Notes under the pieces: generated by a model
Told to the model about the DNA's origin: nothing
Databases searched by the model: none
Seen by the model: the letters and a program-made list of their open reading frames with translations, nothing else
Source of the DNA: a virus
Taxonomy: Duplodnaviria; Caudoviricetes
Length of the DNA stretch: 40,746 bases
IMG/VR virus record: IMGVR_UViG_3300037851_000426
Location: 1 to 40,746 of that record
Reading direction: 5' to 3' (one strand)
Translations under genes and position numbers: made by a program
Shown: positions 7,077-15,558 of the stretch, in pieces
Layout: every line of letters starts with the position of its first letter
Numbering within the stretch: the stretch's first letter is position 1

Positions 7077-8273
7077 TCACAGCTCCAGGTCGAGAGGGTC
7101 ACGGGTGCGACTCCCAGGGATCACGGGCCGCGCGCTGGTCCCCGCCGCCACCGGCCGCGTGCGACTCCCGGGGATCACGGGCTGCGCGCGGATCCCCGCC
7201 GCCACCGGCCGCGTGCGACTCCCCGGGACGACCGTCGCGACCCGGGCCCGCACGCCGCTCGCGAGCACGGACCCGCCAGCAAGGGCGAGGCTGCCCGCCG
7301 CCACGACCAGCGTGGCGTGCAGGGTCGCCGCGGTGCCGGTGAGCGCCAGCGTCCCACTCGCGATCGCCCGATCGAGGCCAGCGATGAGCGTCGGGGCCGC
7401 GGCGGTGAGCGTCAGGGCCGCCGCGGGCACGGGCCGCCCCGCTAGGCACGTCGGCGGCGCGGTCGTCAGCGTGAGCGTCCCGCCCGCGACCGCGAGGGTC
7501 GTCGGCAGCGCCAGGCCCGGCGTCGGGCCGGCGAGGACGATTGTCCCCGTCTCTGGCGTGACCGTCCAGGCGGTCGTGACCGCGGCGGCCGGCGCCGCGC
7601 CGCCCAGGATGACCGCGCCACTCGCGGGCACCACCGCGACCGCGATCGACGCCGCCAGGCCCAGTGCCTGGAGGACGCCGGCCGCGACGGGGCGCCCGAA
7701 CTGCCCGACGAGGACGACCCCGGTCAGGCTCACGCTCCCGCTCGGGACCGCGACGGCCTGGGCGAGGCCGGGCGCGGTGCCCGTGACGGTCAGCGCGCCA
7801 GAGGCCACGCCGACGGCCCCGGTCCCGCCGAGGGTGGGGGCCGCGCCCGCGAGCGCGACGGCGCCGACGGGCGGCACGATCGCCCTGGTGAGCGCGGGCG
7901 GCGTTCCCATCAGGGCCACGACGCCCGCCGGCGTCGCGCGTCCGAGCCCCGTCGGCAGACTCGGCGCGGCCCCCGTCCCTGACAGGGATCCTGTGGGCGG
8001 GGTGACCGTGATCGCGGCGGTCGTACTGACGGTCGGCGCGACGCCCGTGATCGTGACGAGGCTGGCCGCTGCGGCGGCCGTGACGGCGAGGGTCGGTAGA
8101 CTCCCGTTCAGCGCGAGGAGGCTCCCCGCGGGCGCGCGGCCGAGCCCGGTCGCGAGCGTCGCTAGCAGTCCGGTGACCGCGAGGGTGCCGGAGGTGGGGG
8201 TCGCCGTGACACCCCCGCTCGACAGCGTAATGGCGCCGCTGGCCCCGGTGCGAAGGGTAATGTCGGCGGCCAC
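7077..8273 (-). CDS. Ala/Thr/Gly-rich repetitive fibre-like protein
   Basis: Recurrent P.aG.L.LtG.AP.L motif about every 20 aa; C-terminal PGSRTR repeats. Confidence 0.75.
   Translation of the reverse strand: MAADITLRTGASGAITLSSGGVTATPTSGTLAVTGLLATLATGLGRAPAGSLLALNGSLPTLAVTAAAAASLVTITGVAPTVSTTAAITVTPPTGSLSGTGAAPSLPTGLGRATPAGVVALMGTPPALTRAIVPPVGAVALAGAAPTLGGTGAVGVASGALTVTGTAPGLAQAVAVPSGSVSLTGVVLVGQFGRPVAAGVLQALGLAASIAVAVVPASGAVILGGAAPAAAVTTAWTVTPETGTIVLAGPTPGLALPTTLAVAGGTLTLTTAPPTCLAGRPVPAAALTLTAAAPTLIAGLDRAIASGTLALTGTAATLHATLVVAAGSLALAGGSVLASGVRARVATVVPGSRTRPVAAGIRAQPVIPGSRTRPVAAGTSARPVIPGSRTRDPLDLEL
7105..7230. repeat. 54-bp tandem repeat, about 2.3 copies
   Basis: GTGCGACTCCC starts at 7105, 7159 and 7213. 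Confidence 0.9.
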
Positions 8274-8283
8274 GGGGTGATCT

Positions 8284-10221
8284 CTAGGTGGGCGTCACGT
8301 TGTCGCTGCGCCCGACGTGCGTGCTGTCCTCACGACAGGAGGCGAACACGTTCTCGGTGTCGTCGAACCAGGTGATGGAGTAGGCCCCTCCGGCGGTGGT
8401 GGTTGCCGATCCGACCTGGAGGCCGTCCGATACCCGGTGGAGGGTCACGGTCAGGCCAGCGCCGTCCGCATCCGCGTACCCGCTCACCGTGCCAGCGACC
8501 GCGAACGTGACGCTGTGGTACGTGATCCATTGGTTCACGCTCATCCAGGCGGCCGCCGCCACGCAGCAGACCACGCGCCGGGTGTCCTCCAGGTCGATCC
8601 GCCCCGTCCGCAGATCCCCGACGAACTGCTTGGTGACGCCGATCGCCTCCCCGAAGACCACGCACGGGCTGCCGCCCTCCGGATCCGTGATCACGTTCCC
8701 GCTCACGACCTGATACCACTGCCCGGCCGCGTTGCTGCGTTCGAGCATCACCGACACGAGATAGAGCTGGCCGGCGTTCTCCTGGATCGCTTCGACGATG
8801 AGGCCATAGCTCTGGAGGAAGTAGGCGGTCTCGGGCAGGCCGATGGCGGCGGCCGTGGCGGTCCGCTTGAACGTCCCCGTCTCGACGAAGGTCAGGGTGG
8901 TCGGCCACTCGACGGTGTGGTTGGCCGCGCCCACCCCCTGCGTGGGCTTCCCACAGGTGTAGTTCAGGAGGAAGTAGCCGCCGATGCCCGCCATGAGGTC
9001 GTTGCTGTCCGACGAGTACACGTCTGCCGTGATCGTGTTCTTGCCACGGGCGAGGGTGAACGCCGCATCATTGCGGACCATGCAGCCGTTGGATCCGCAC
9101 AGCACAGCGGGCGTGTCCGTGTAGCCCACGAAACTACCAGTCCCGACGCGCCAGTTGGGGCTGGCGACCGCGCCCTGCTGGTGCCAGAAGGCGTAGAAGG
9201 CGATCTGTTTGGAGGTGACGGTGGCCGGTTCCGCGATCCACAACTCCGTTGTGAAGCGGTAGAACTCGTTGCTGGTCGTGCCCCCCGCGTGCGCCACCGA
9301 GGAGACCGGCAGTCGGACGCTCACAAACAAGCTCGTGCTGCTGGAGGCGTTGAACTCGTAGGTCACCATCAAGTACGCCTGCTGATGGTGGTGACGCGCC
9401 ACGCTCGCCCACAGGTAGAATCCGTGGGTCGTACTCGTGTCCATCCCGATGCCCGCGCTGCTCCCCCCTGAGTCGTAGTAGGCGAGAGGGGTCTGGAACG
9501 TCAGCCAGAGATCGCTGGCCGCGCCGCACTCCATCGAGTTGGACGTGTACGCGGTGTAGGTGTCCACCTGCATCGACAACGTGCCGTCGGCGCTGCCGGA
9601 GGCGCCCGCCAGCGTCCCCTGGACGACGAGCGCCATGTTGCGGATCGTCTTGCTCGCCTCGGGCAGCTCGGTGTCGAGCGCCGGGATCGTGGCGGTGGCC
9701 GTGCCCGGCTTGCTTGTCGCCAGCGCCCCAACGGGCGCGTTCAGCGGGATGTAGACCGTTTTGATCTGCGTCGTCTGCGTGTCGTCGTACTCATAGGTGA
9801 GGGTGAGGGTCGCGCAGAGGTTGGCGTGCGTCGGTGGCGTGGCGTTGCTGTGGTCGAGCAGGACGCTGAGCGCAATCGTCTTGGAGGTGCCGCTCGTCCA
9901 GTTGGCGGTAAAGTGCGCGGTGCAGTCGCAGTTGAAATACTGGCAGTTGTCCTCGCCCGAGAGGGTGAGGGTCCCCCCGCTCGTGTACGAGGTGGCGCCC
10001 GCCCCGCCGACTGAGACATCGATGCGGCGGCTGGTGTAGTTGCCGAGCCCCGCCCCGGCCGCCGTCGTGCTGTGAATGCGGACCTTGGCGCGCTTGATCG
10101 TGACCGTGCCGCTGAACTCCGGAATGTACGCCGTGATCACCGACATCGCGGTGAGTGTGTTGTCGGCCAGGGTGGCGCTCGTCGGGATCACCCACTCCGT
10201 CGTCTTCAGGCGGGTCGCCAT
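8284..10221 (-). CDS. Large beta-rich, Thr/Ser-rich putative virion protein with C-terminal prealbumin/Ig-like domain
   Basis: 645 aa; ends FAVAGTVSG...GLTVTLHR...ATTTAGGAYSITW. Confidence 0.8.
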   Translation of the reverse strand: MATRLKTTEWVIPTSATLADNTLTAMSVITAYIPEFSGTVTIKRAKVRIHSTTAAGAGLGNYTSRRIDVSVGGAGATSYTSGGTLTLSGEDNCQYFNCDCTAHFTANWTSGTSKTIALSVLLDHSNATPPTHANLCATLTLTYEYDDTQTTQIKTVYIPLNAPVGALATSKPGTATATIPALDTELPEASKTIRNMALVVQGTLAGASGSADGTLSMQVDTYTAYTSNSMECGAASDLWLTFQTPLAYYDSGGSSAGIGMDTSTTHGFYLWASVARHHHQQAYLMVTYEFNASSSTSLFVSVRLPVSSVAHAGGTTSNEFYRFTTELWIAEPATVTSKQIAFYAFWHQQGAVASPNWRVGTGSFVGYTDTPAVLCGSNGCMVRNDAAFTLARGKNTITADVYSSDSNDLMAGIGGYFLLNYTCGKPTQGVGAANHTVEWPTTLTFVETGTFKRTATAAAIGLPETAYFLQSYGLIVEAIQENAGQLYLVSVMLERSNAAGQWYQVVSGNVITDPEGGSPCVVFGEAIGVTKQFVGDLRTGRIDLEDTRRVVCCVAAAAWMSVNQWITYHSVTFAVAGTVSGYADADGAGLTVTLHRVSDGLQVGSATTTAGGAYSITWFDDTENVFASCREDSTHVGRSDNVTPT

Positions 10222-10222
10222 C

Positions 10223-10435
10223 TCAGTCCTCCAGCGAGTCGCCGCCCAATTTGCGCGTGAAGCGCACGATCAGGTCGTGGCCCCCCTCTTTCGAGAGCCG
10301 CACCTTCAGCCGCCCCGGTTTGCCCCACGGCATCGGGATCTGCTGGACCCGGGGGGCGTCGTACGTCGTGTCGCTGTCCGCGATCAGGTCGGCGAGCGCC
10401 CCCAACCGTGCGCGGAAGTCCGTGTCGATGGCCAT
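10223..10435 (-). CDS. Hypothetical protein
   Basis: 70 aa, ATG with GAGGGA RBS, abuts the next gene. Confidence 0.65.
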   Translation of the reverse strand: MAIDTDFRARLGALADLIADSDTTYDAPRVQQIPMPWGKPGRLKVRLSKEGGHDLIVRFTRKLGGDSLED

Positions 10436-10448
10436 GACGGATCCCTCT

Positions 10449-10470
10449 GCGAGCGTAATGTCACGCTCGC
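10449..10470. other. Intergenic hairpin
   Basis: GCGAGCGT-AATGTC-ACGCTCGC, perfect 8-bp stem, no U-tract. Confidence 0.4.
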
Positions 10471-10518
10471 CCCGCGGCGATCACGCACCCCTCCTCGTCG
10501 GGCGTCCTCCCCAGGCGA

Positions 10519-10965
10519 TCACGCCATCGTGAACACGCCGGCGCTCGCGATCTGCACCGTCATGCTGTTACCGCTGCTGATCGTGATCGCCCCGCTCGTG
10601 GTGAGCGTCGAGTAGCAGAGCAGGTGCATCCCGCCCGCGGCCGCCGCCGACAGGACGATCGCCGCGGCCTTGACCGATGTGATGTTCCCGCCGCTCGCAA
10701 TCCACGTCGTGTCGCCCACGTCGAACATGTACGTGCCGGCGGTGCCGCCCGAGGAGACCGTCCACAGCTCCGAGGCGAGCGTCTTCCCCGACGAGCTGTA
10801 GCCAAACTGCTCGGTCACCTCCACGCAGGAGCCGAGCAGGGAGATCGTCGCGAGATTTGCGATGGTCTTGAGGAGCACCATCCGGAACGCGCCCGCGAGG
10901 TTGATCGTGCCGTTCCCGATCTTCTTCTTCGCCTTGTAGGCGATCTTCCACGCGCCTGCACCCAT
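10519..10965 (-). CDS. Small beta-structured virion/fibre-type protein
   Basis: GTINL..AFRMVL...GYSSSGKTL...TWIASGGNI...LLCYSTL...GVFT, a widespread phage family pattern. Confidence 0.75.
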   Translation of the reverse strand: MGAGAWKIAYKAKKKIGNGTINLAGAFRMVLLKTIANLATISLLGSCVEVTEQFGYSSSGKTLASELWTVSSGGTAGTYMFDVGDTTWIASGGNITSVKAAAIVLSAAAAGGMHLLCYSTLTTSGAITISSGNSMTVQIASAGVFTMA

Positions 10966-10992
10966 GCCCCACCACCCTTTCGCTGCCGCGCG

Positions 10993-11862
10993 TCACGCGG
11001 CAGGCTGCACCACCACGTCCTCTGCCTCGGCCGCCGTCCGCAGGACGTAGGCGAGGAGGCCCTCCCCATGCACGTGCAGGAGCACGTGATCCCCATTCAC
11101 CCGCAGGATGGCAAGCCAGTCTTCGAGCTGCTTGACGTGCCACCCCGAACACCTGAATGTCCGCGCGTGCGCCGTCCCGGGGTGGACCGTCACGTCATAG
11201 GCCCGATCCCCGTCATTCTCGGGCTGCGGCAGCGCGTGATGCCGATCGCCCAGCCAGCAGGAGTCGATCCCGAAGAGATCAAACCGCAAATACCCCAGCA
11301 TCCGCAGCGCGTAGAGCGCCCGGGTCGCGACGGTCGTCCCGCCGCCGCACGGCGTCCACCCGGGCTCCCCGAGATAGTAGGCGTCGAGGAGGTCACGGGC
11401 CGCGGTCGCCACATCACTCCTGGTCACCGGGTGGAACAGCCACACGCGCGTCGGGTCCGCCTCCGTGAGCGCGTCGATGAGTGAGGGATGCACGATCGAC
11501 CCGACCAGGTAGTTGCACCGCGGGACGATCGGCTGGACGAAGCGCACGTTGCTCGGCCGCGCGTCGATCACCACCTGGGTGGCCGGCTGGAGATGCCGCG
11601 CCAGCGCCCAATGATAGGCGCCATTCAGCGTGACGAGCTTCGCGCCCTCGCGGAGGAGCGCGATCAGCGCCTCCTCGGTCTCCGCGAGCGACGGCCCCGA
11701 TCCCACGAGGCAGACCCGCTCGTAGTTCGGTGGCTGCGGCTTGATCTGCTGCAGACCGCGGCGGATGTTCTGGGCGAGGTGATCCAGGTAGACCTGGTCG
11801 GAACAGTTGGTCTGCCCGGCCAGCGTGACGCCCGAGAGCACCGGCGGCAGCGTCGTACTCAT
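10993..11862 (-). CDS. MAF/DUF115 (MptE-like) putative glycosyltransferase
   Basis: VCLVGSGPSL...VTLNGAY...VVIDAR...GGGTTVATRAL...LGYLRFDLFGIDSC. Confidence 0.8.
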   Translation of the reverse strand: MSTTLPPVLSGVTLAGQTNCSDQVYLDHLAQNIRRGLQQIKPQPPNYERVCLVGSGPSLAETEEALIALLREGAKLVTLNGAYHWALARHLQPATQVVIDARPSNVRFVQPIVPRCNYLVGSIVHPSLIDALTEADPTRVWLFHPVTRSDVATAARDLLDAYYLGEPGWTPCGGGTTVATRALYALRMLGYLRFDLFGIDSCWLGDRHHALPQPENDGDRAYDVTVHPGTAHARTFRCSGWHVKQLEDWLAILRVNGDHVLLHVHGEGLLAYVLRTAAEAEDVVVQPAA

Positions 11863-12428
11863 CGCGTCACCCAGTACAGGCCTGAGGCGATCAGGTCGCG
11901 GGCATCGGTGACTTGGCCGACCTCGCGGAGCGAGTCCCGCCACCAGAGGAAGGACTCCACGGTCAGGTGCAGCGGCCGCCCCACCCAGACCCCAAAGCCG
12001 TCGGCGTGGAGCGCCACGGAGATCAACACGCCCCGCCGCGCGAGGCTAAGCATCCGATCCACGGCGAGCAGGACGAGCTGCGGGGGCAGGTGCTCGAGAA
12101 CATCGGTGCAGTAGACCGCGTCCACGGGGGCGAGGCCCTGCGCCGCCAGCGGCCGCCAGAGGCACGCCTCGGCAAACGGGAGCGCGCGCGCCTCCTCGAC
12201 CAGGCCGGCGGCAGTCAGGTCGCAGAGCACCACCGCGTACCCCGCGCGCGCCAGCGCCAGCGCGCCCTTTCCGCTGCCGGTCCCGGCATCGAGCACCGTC
12301 GCGGGCGGCGGGCAGTGGTCCCGGAGGACCGATACGTACCGCTCGCCGGGGGCGACGTCCGCATACTGCGGCAGGTCGTCCCAGATCCCCGCGTACAGGT
12401 CACGCTCACGCGCGTAGAGTGTCGTCAT
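11859..12428 (-). CDS. Class I SAM-dependent methyltransferase
   Basis: VLDAGTGSGKG motif I; DAVYCTDVLEHL; LHLTV...WW. Confidence 0.88.
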   Translation of the reverse strand: MTTLYARERDLYAGIWDDLPQYADVAPGERYVSVLRDHCPPPATVLDAGTGSGKGALALARAGYAVVLCDLTAAGLVEEARALPFAEACLWRPLAAQGLAPVDAVYCTDVLEHLPPQLVLLAVDRMLSLARRGVLISVALHADGFGVWVGRPLHLTVESFLWWRDSLREVGQVTDARDLIASGLYWVTR

Positions 12429-12865
12429 CGTGGGCAGCTCCGCGCCCAGGCTTCGAGGGCGGCGACCCGCCGCTCGAGCGCGGCGAGATCTGGGGGAGGT
12501 GGTGGAAACGGGTCGATGCCCCACGGCCCCGGGTCGAGCGCGGGCACGCGGATGAAGTGCTGCCCAGTCACCAGGCCGTGGTCCTCCGGGCTCGGCCGCC
12601 ACGGGTTGCCGTGATCGGGGTCGTCGCGGATGATCGAGACCGCGTAGAAGGCGCCGCCGCTCGTCTCCGCCGCCAGCGTGTCGGGCGAGATCCGCGCGCC
12701 GGGGGCCCGCGCCTTGCGCCCGAGGGTGCGGTCCCCCCAGCAGGCATAGCCCGCCGCGATCTGCATCCAGGCGTCGGCGTCCCGCGCCCGGAGCCCCGGG
12801 TGCGTCTCGTCGGCGCGCTGCCCCGCCCGCACCATCAGATCCACGAGATCCCTTGGTGTGCCCAT
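12425..12865 (-). CDS. Hypothetical protein, paralog of 39685-40161
   Basis: G.K...S.D..A core and shared C-terminal IDP.PP..DL...RVAALE.WAR; AGGAG RBS. Confidence 0.7.
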   Translation of the reverse strand: MGTPRDLVDLMVRAGQRADETHPGLRARDADAWMQIAAGYACWGDRTLGRKARAPGARISPDTLAAETSGGAFYAVSIIRDDPDHGNPWRPSPEDHGLVTGQHFIRVPALDPGPWGIDPFPPPPPDLAALERRVAALEAWARSCPR

Positions 12866-12876
12866 CCTTGCTCCTC

Positions 12877-13125
12877 TCACCACGACGCGAGGACCGAGAT
12901 CGTCCCCGCGAGATCCCGCCGCCCCCGCCCGCTGAGGTCCCCCTGCACGACCCAGTGCCCGTCCACCCACGCGGCCCGCGCCGTCACCCGCCAGCTCCCG
13001 TCCGTGCTGGCCACCCCGAGAATGGCGCAGTGCCGATCCCGCGGCACCCCGGCCAGGAGGCGATCGACCTCCGCCTGTAGCGCCTCGCGCGACAGCGGGC
13101 CCGGGACGGGCCGCGGCTCACTCAT
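12877..13125 (-). CDS. Hypothetical protein, paralog of 40181-40459
   Basis: PGPLSREALQA.VDRLLAGVPRDRHCAILGVASTDG is shared. Confidence 0.75.
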   Translation of the reverse strand: MSEPRPVPGPLSREALQAEVDRLLAGVPRDRHCAILGVASTDGSWRVTARAAWVDGHWVVQGDLSGRGRRDLAGTISVLASW

Positions 13126-13424
13126 CGGACCTCACACCCCACGACCGGCACCGACTCGTGCGCGACGTGCATCGGGCCATCCCACATCGTCAGGCTCGCC
13201 GCACAGACGAGATCGCACCGCACCTCGATCCCGAAATCCCCACTGAGACCCCACGTGCCCAGTTCCTCGGCCACCCGTCCCCGTGCTGGCACGCGCACCG
13301 TCCGGACGATGTCCCGTCCCAGAATCGACACGCGCACGTCCTGGGGCCGCCTGAGCGGATTGACGAGGCCCAGCCAGGTCGTGCCGTGATCCCAGCGGAA
13401 CGCCTCCCCGAACCACAGGACTAC
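13122..13424 (-). CDS. Ig-like beta domain protein, start codon unclear
   Basis: WFGEA...TWLGLVNP...VRVSIL...VRVPARGR...DFGIEVRCD; no ATG/GTG at the expected boundary. Confidence 0.5.
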   Translation of the reverse strand, partial: VVLWFGEAFRWDHGTTWLGLVNPLRRPQDVRVSILGRDIVRTVRVPARGRVAEELGTWGLSGDFGIEVRCDLVCAASLTMWDGPMHVAHESVPVVGCEVR

Positions 13425-13882
13425 CGCGTCACCCGTGGCCGGGTCACCGCACGCGGCGCCCCCACCCACCCGAAAGGGTTGCTCTCCTCCGTCGGCACGG
13501 GACTGTTGATCCCGTGACTCCCGAGCGCGACCAGGCCCGCCCGGTGTCGGACGTTCCGCGCGAGCATCGACAAGTCGGGCAGCGTCGCCGTGTAGCAGGT
13601 CGTCGAACCCGGCACGAGCGTCCACGCGGCCCGGGGGATCGGCACCACCGCGAAAGGGGCCGGAGGACGGGGCACGACCTCCTGGTACACCCGCAGCTCG
13701 TAGCCCGCGACCAGCGGGGTCTGCGTGTCGAGGATCAGCGTCGTGTGATCGGGCAGCTCAGCGACCATCGTGCCGGGGTTGACGACCAGCAGATCCGCGG
13801 CCCCATCGCAGGGCGTCTGCGCGGCCACCGTCCCGACCCCGAGCATCCCGAGCATCCCGATCATCCCAAGCAGGCGTCTCAT
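13421..13882 (-). CDS. Secreted Fn3/Ig-like protein with Sec signal peptide
   Basis: MRRLLGMIGMLGMLGVGTVAA|QT; PDH...LVAGYELRVY...SNPF. Confidence 0.75.
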   Translation of the reverse strand: MRRLLGMIGMLGMLGVGTVAAQTPCDGAADLLVVNPGTMVAELPDHTTLILDTQTPLVAGYELRVYQEVVPRPPAPFAVVPIPRAAWTLVPGSTTCYTATLPDLSMLARNVRHRAGLVALGSHGINSPVPTEESNPFGWVGAPRAVTRPRVTR

Positions 13883-14082
13883 CGTCCGTCTCCCTTCGGC
13901 GCGCCCGCCAAGGGGCTTGACGCCAGTTTGCCAGCCAGCGTGGCCACCACAAATGAGGCCGCTTGGATCCACTGCGTGTACGTCCACTCGGCGGGATGCG
14001 GCGCCGCCCCGAGATAGGTGAGCACCGCCGCCACGATCGAGAGCGTCCAGATCGCCGAGTCCCGGTGCCATCCGATGTCCAT
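13879..14082 (-). CDS. Putative holin (2 TM)
   Basis: 67 aa, two hydrophobic helices, near the endolysin. Confidence 0.65.
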   Translation of the reverse strand: MDIGWHRDSAIWTLSIVAAVLTYLGAAPHPAEWTYTQWIQAASFVVATLAGKLASSPLAGAPKGDGR

Positions 14083-14086
14083 CGCC

Positions 14087-14362
14087 CTACTCGCTTCCTT
14101 CCGCGTGCGCGGCCTGCCACTCGTGCTTGAGTCCCAGCGTCACGGCCTCGCCACACGTGAGCCGCCGCAGGATCTTGCGTCGCGCGGGCCACTCGATCAC
14201 GTGCCGGACCACGCGTCCCCCGACCACCTCCGTGGACCGCTCGACGTGGTGCTCGAGCCGCGCCAGCATCCCCGGCGAGAGCGCCGCAATCGACTCCGGC
14301 CAGCTCACCCGGACCGTCACCTCGAAGCCGAACACCGACCGCGACCGCTCCACCTTCATCAC
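14087..14362 (-). CDS. Hypothetical protein
   Basis: Start overlaps the endolysin stop. Confidence 0.55.
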   Translation of the reverse strand: MMKVERSRSVFGFEVTVRVSWPESIAALSPGMLARLEHHVERSTEVVGGRVVRHVIEWPARRKILRRLTCGEAVTLGLKHEWQAAHAEGSE

Positions 14363-14883
14363 TCACCCGCGGGCCGCCCAAAGACGTGCCCGCCGATGTG
14401 CGCCAGGATCGTCATGCCGCGCGTCCACGCCGGTGCGTGCCCGGATCGCAGCAGGTCCGCCGTGAGATAGTGCGTCGATCCCTTCACCAGATCGCGCGTG
14501 ACGCGCTCCCCGTACACGCCCTCAGCGATCCACCGCGCCTGCAGCAGCTCCGGCGCCCACGTCCCCGCGAGCACCGTCCGCGCCATCGCCTGGACCCGCT
14601 CCCAATTCTGGAGGCCGCCGAACTTCCACCAGCAGCTGAACTGCGCCCGCGCGCCGACGACCTCCTGGATCGTGTGCCCCCAGCGCCCCATCCGCAGCCG
14701 GTGCATCACGACCTGCGCGACCGCGATCTGCCCGTCCGGCGTCTCCGCCCGCGCCTCGCCGTAGATCGTCAGCAGCAGCGCAGCGATCTCGGTGAGCTGC
14801 GCGGGTGACACGACCGCAGCAGGCACAGTACCCGTAGGCATCGACGGCTCCGGACCAGGCGCGGCAGAAGGGGCACGCATCAT
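14359..14883 (-). CDS. Endolysin, SleB/Hydrolase_2-family lytic transglycosylase (5' end uncertain)
   Basis: TIYGEARAE...GQIAVAQVVMHR...QFSCW...GSTHY...IGGHVF. Confidence 0.9.
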   Translation of the reverse strand: MMRAPSAAPGPEPSMPTGTVPAAVVSPAQLTEIAALLLTIYGEARAETPDGQIAVAQVVMHRLRMGRWGHTIQEVVGARAQFSCWWKFGGLQNWERVQAMARTVLAGTWAPELLQARWIAEGVYGERVTRDLVKGSTHYLTADLLRSGHAPAWTRGMTILAHIGGHVFGRPAGE

Positions 14884-14886
14884 CGC

Positions 14887-15228
14887 TCACCGCAGCCGCT
14901 CGATCTTCTGGAGGAGTTCTCGCTGACTGGCCTTGATCTCGTCGAGGCTCTTATTGAGCCCGACCATCTCCGCCTCCAGCCGCGACGTGCGCTCGCGCAT
15001 CGCCGGCGATCCGGATTGTTCGAGGGAGGCGACCCGGCCATCAAGCGAGGCATAGACGAGCCCGCCGACGGCCATCCCGATCGTGAGTAGGATCCCCACG
15101 CCCCATTTGATCAGCTCATTGGTGCGGTTCGCGGTCGCCTCGATCTCCGAGAGCCGGTCCTGCCACGCCTCTTCGGAGAAGGGGCAGGGCCGCTCGGGAT
15201 GCGCGCACAGCTTCGGGATCTCGGTCAC
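14887..15228 (-). CDS. Single-TM coiled-coil protein (holin/XhlA-like)
   Basis: TM WGVGILLTIGMAVGGLVYA followed by a coiled coil; just upstream of the endolysin. Confidence 0.65.
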   Translation of the reverse strand: MTEIPKLCAHPERPCPFSEEAWQDRLSEIEATANRTNELIKWGVGILLTIGMAVGGLVYASLDGRVASLEQSGSPAMRERTSRLEAEMVGLNKSLDEIKASQRELLQKIERLR

Positions 15229-15557
15229 TTGGGCTCCGCCGGTTTCTCCGGCACCGAGGCTGGGACGAATGCCATACGTTGCCAGTCCCACCGCTGCCCC
15301 GGTGTGACGGGCAGCGTCCCCTCGATCCGGGTGCGCTCGCGGGCGAGCGCCTCGCGGTCGATCTGCGTCTGCAGCGCGACGAGCTGCGCCCGCAGCTCCA
15401 CGACCTGCTGCTGCAGGGCCACGCGATCGACCTCGCACTGCTGCAGCGGCGTCAGCGCCGGCGGCGGCGAGGGAGGCGGAGCGGTCTGCCCACCGATCGC
15501 CGAGGAGGCGGCAGCGACCGCCAGCACCAGCCCCGCCCCCCAGCTCGCGCGTGCCAT
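15225..15557 (-). CDS. Secreted coiled-coil protein with signal peptide
   Basis: MARASWGAGLVLAVAAASSAIGG|QT, Pro linker, heptad repeats. Confidence 0.7.
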   Translation of the reverse strand: MARASWGAGLVLAVAAASSAIGGQTAPPPSPPPALTPLQQCEVDRVALQQQVVELRAQLVALQTQIDREALARERTRIEGTLPVTPGQRWDWQRMAFVPASVPEKPAEPK

Positions 15558-15558
15558 G

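Noticed and set aside
7105-7230. Possible CRISPR or guide-RNA array
   Set aside because: In-frame coding tandem repeat with no unique spacers; no cas-like or other effector gene seen
11859-12428. DNA methyltransferase or restriction-modification component
   Set aside because: No DPPY/NPPY or PC motif; pattern fits small-molecule or glycan class I methyltransferases
12880-13105. DGR template/variable repeat pair with 40217-40442
   Set aside because: Differences are not confined to adenines and no reverse transcriptase is present
13833-13868. 9-bp tandem repeat CCCGAGCAT
   Set aside because: Simply encodes the (MLG)n hydrophobic core of a signal peptide
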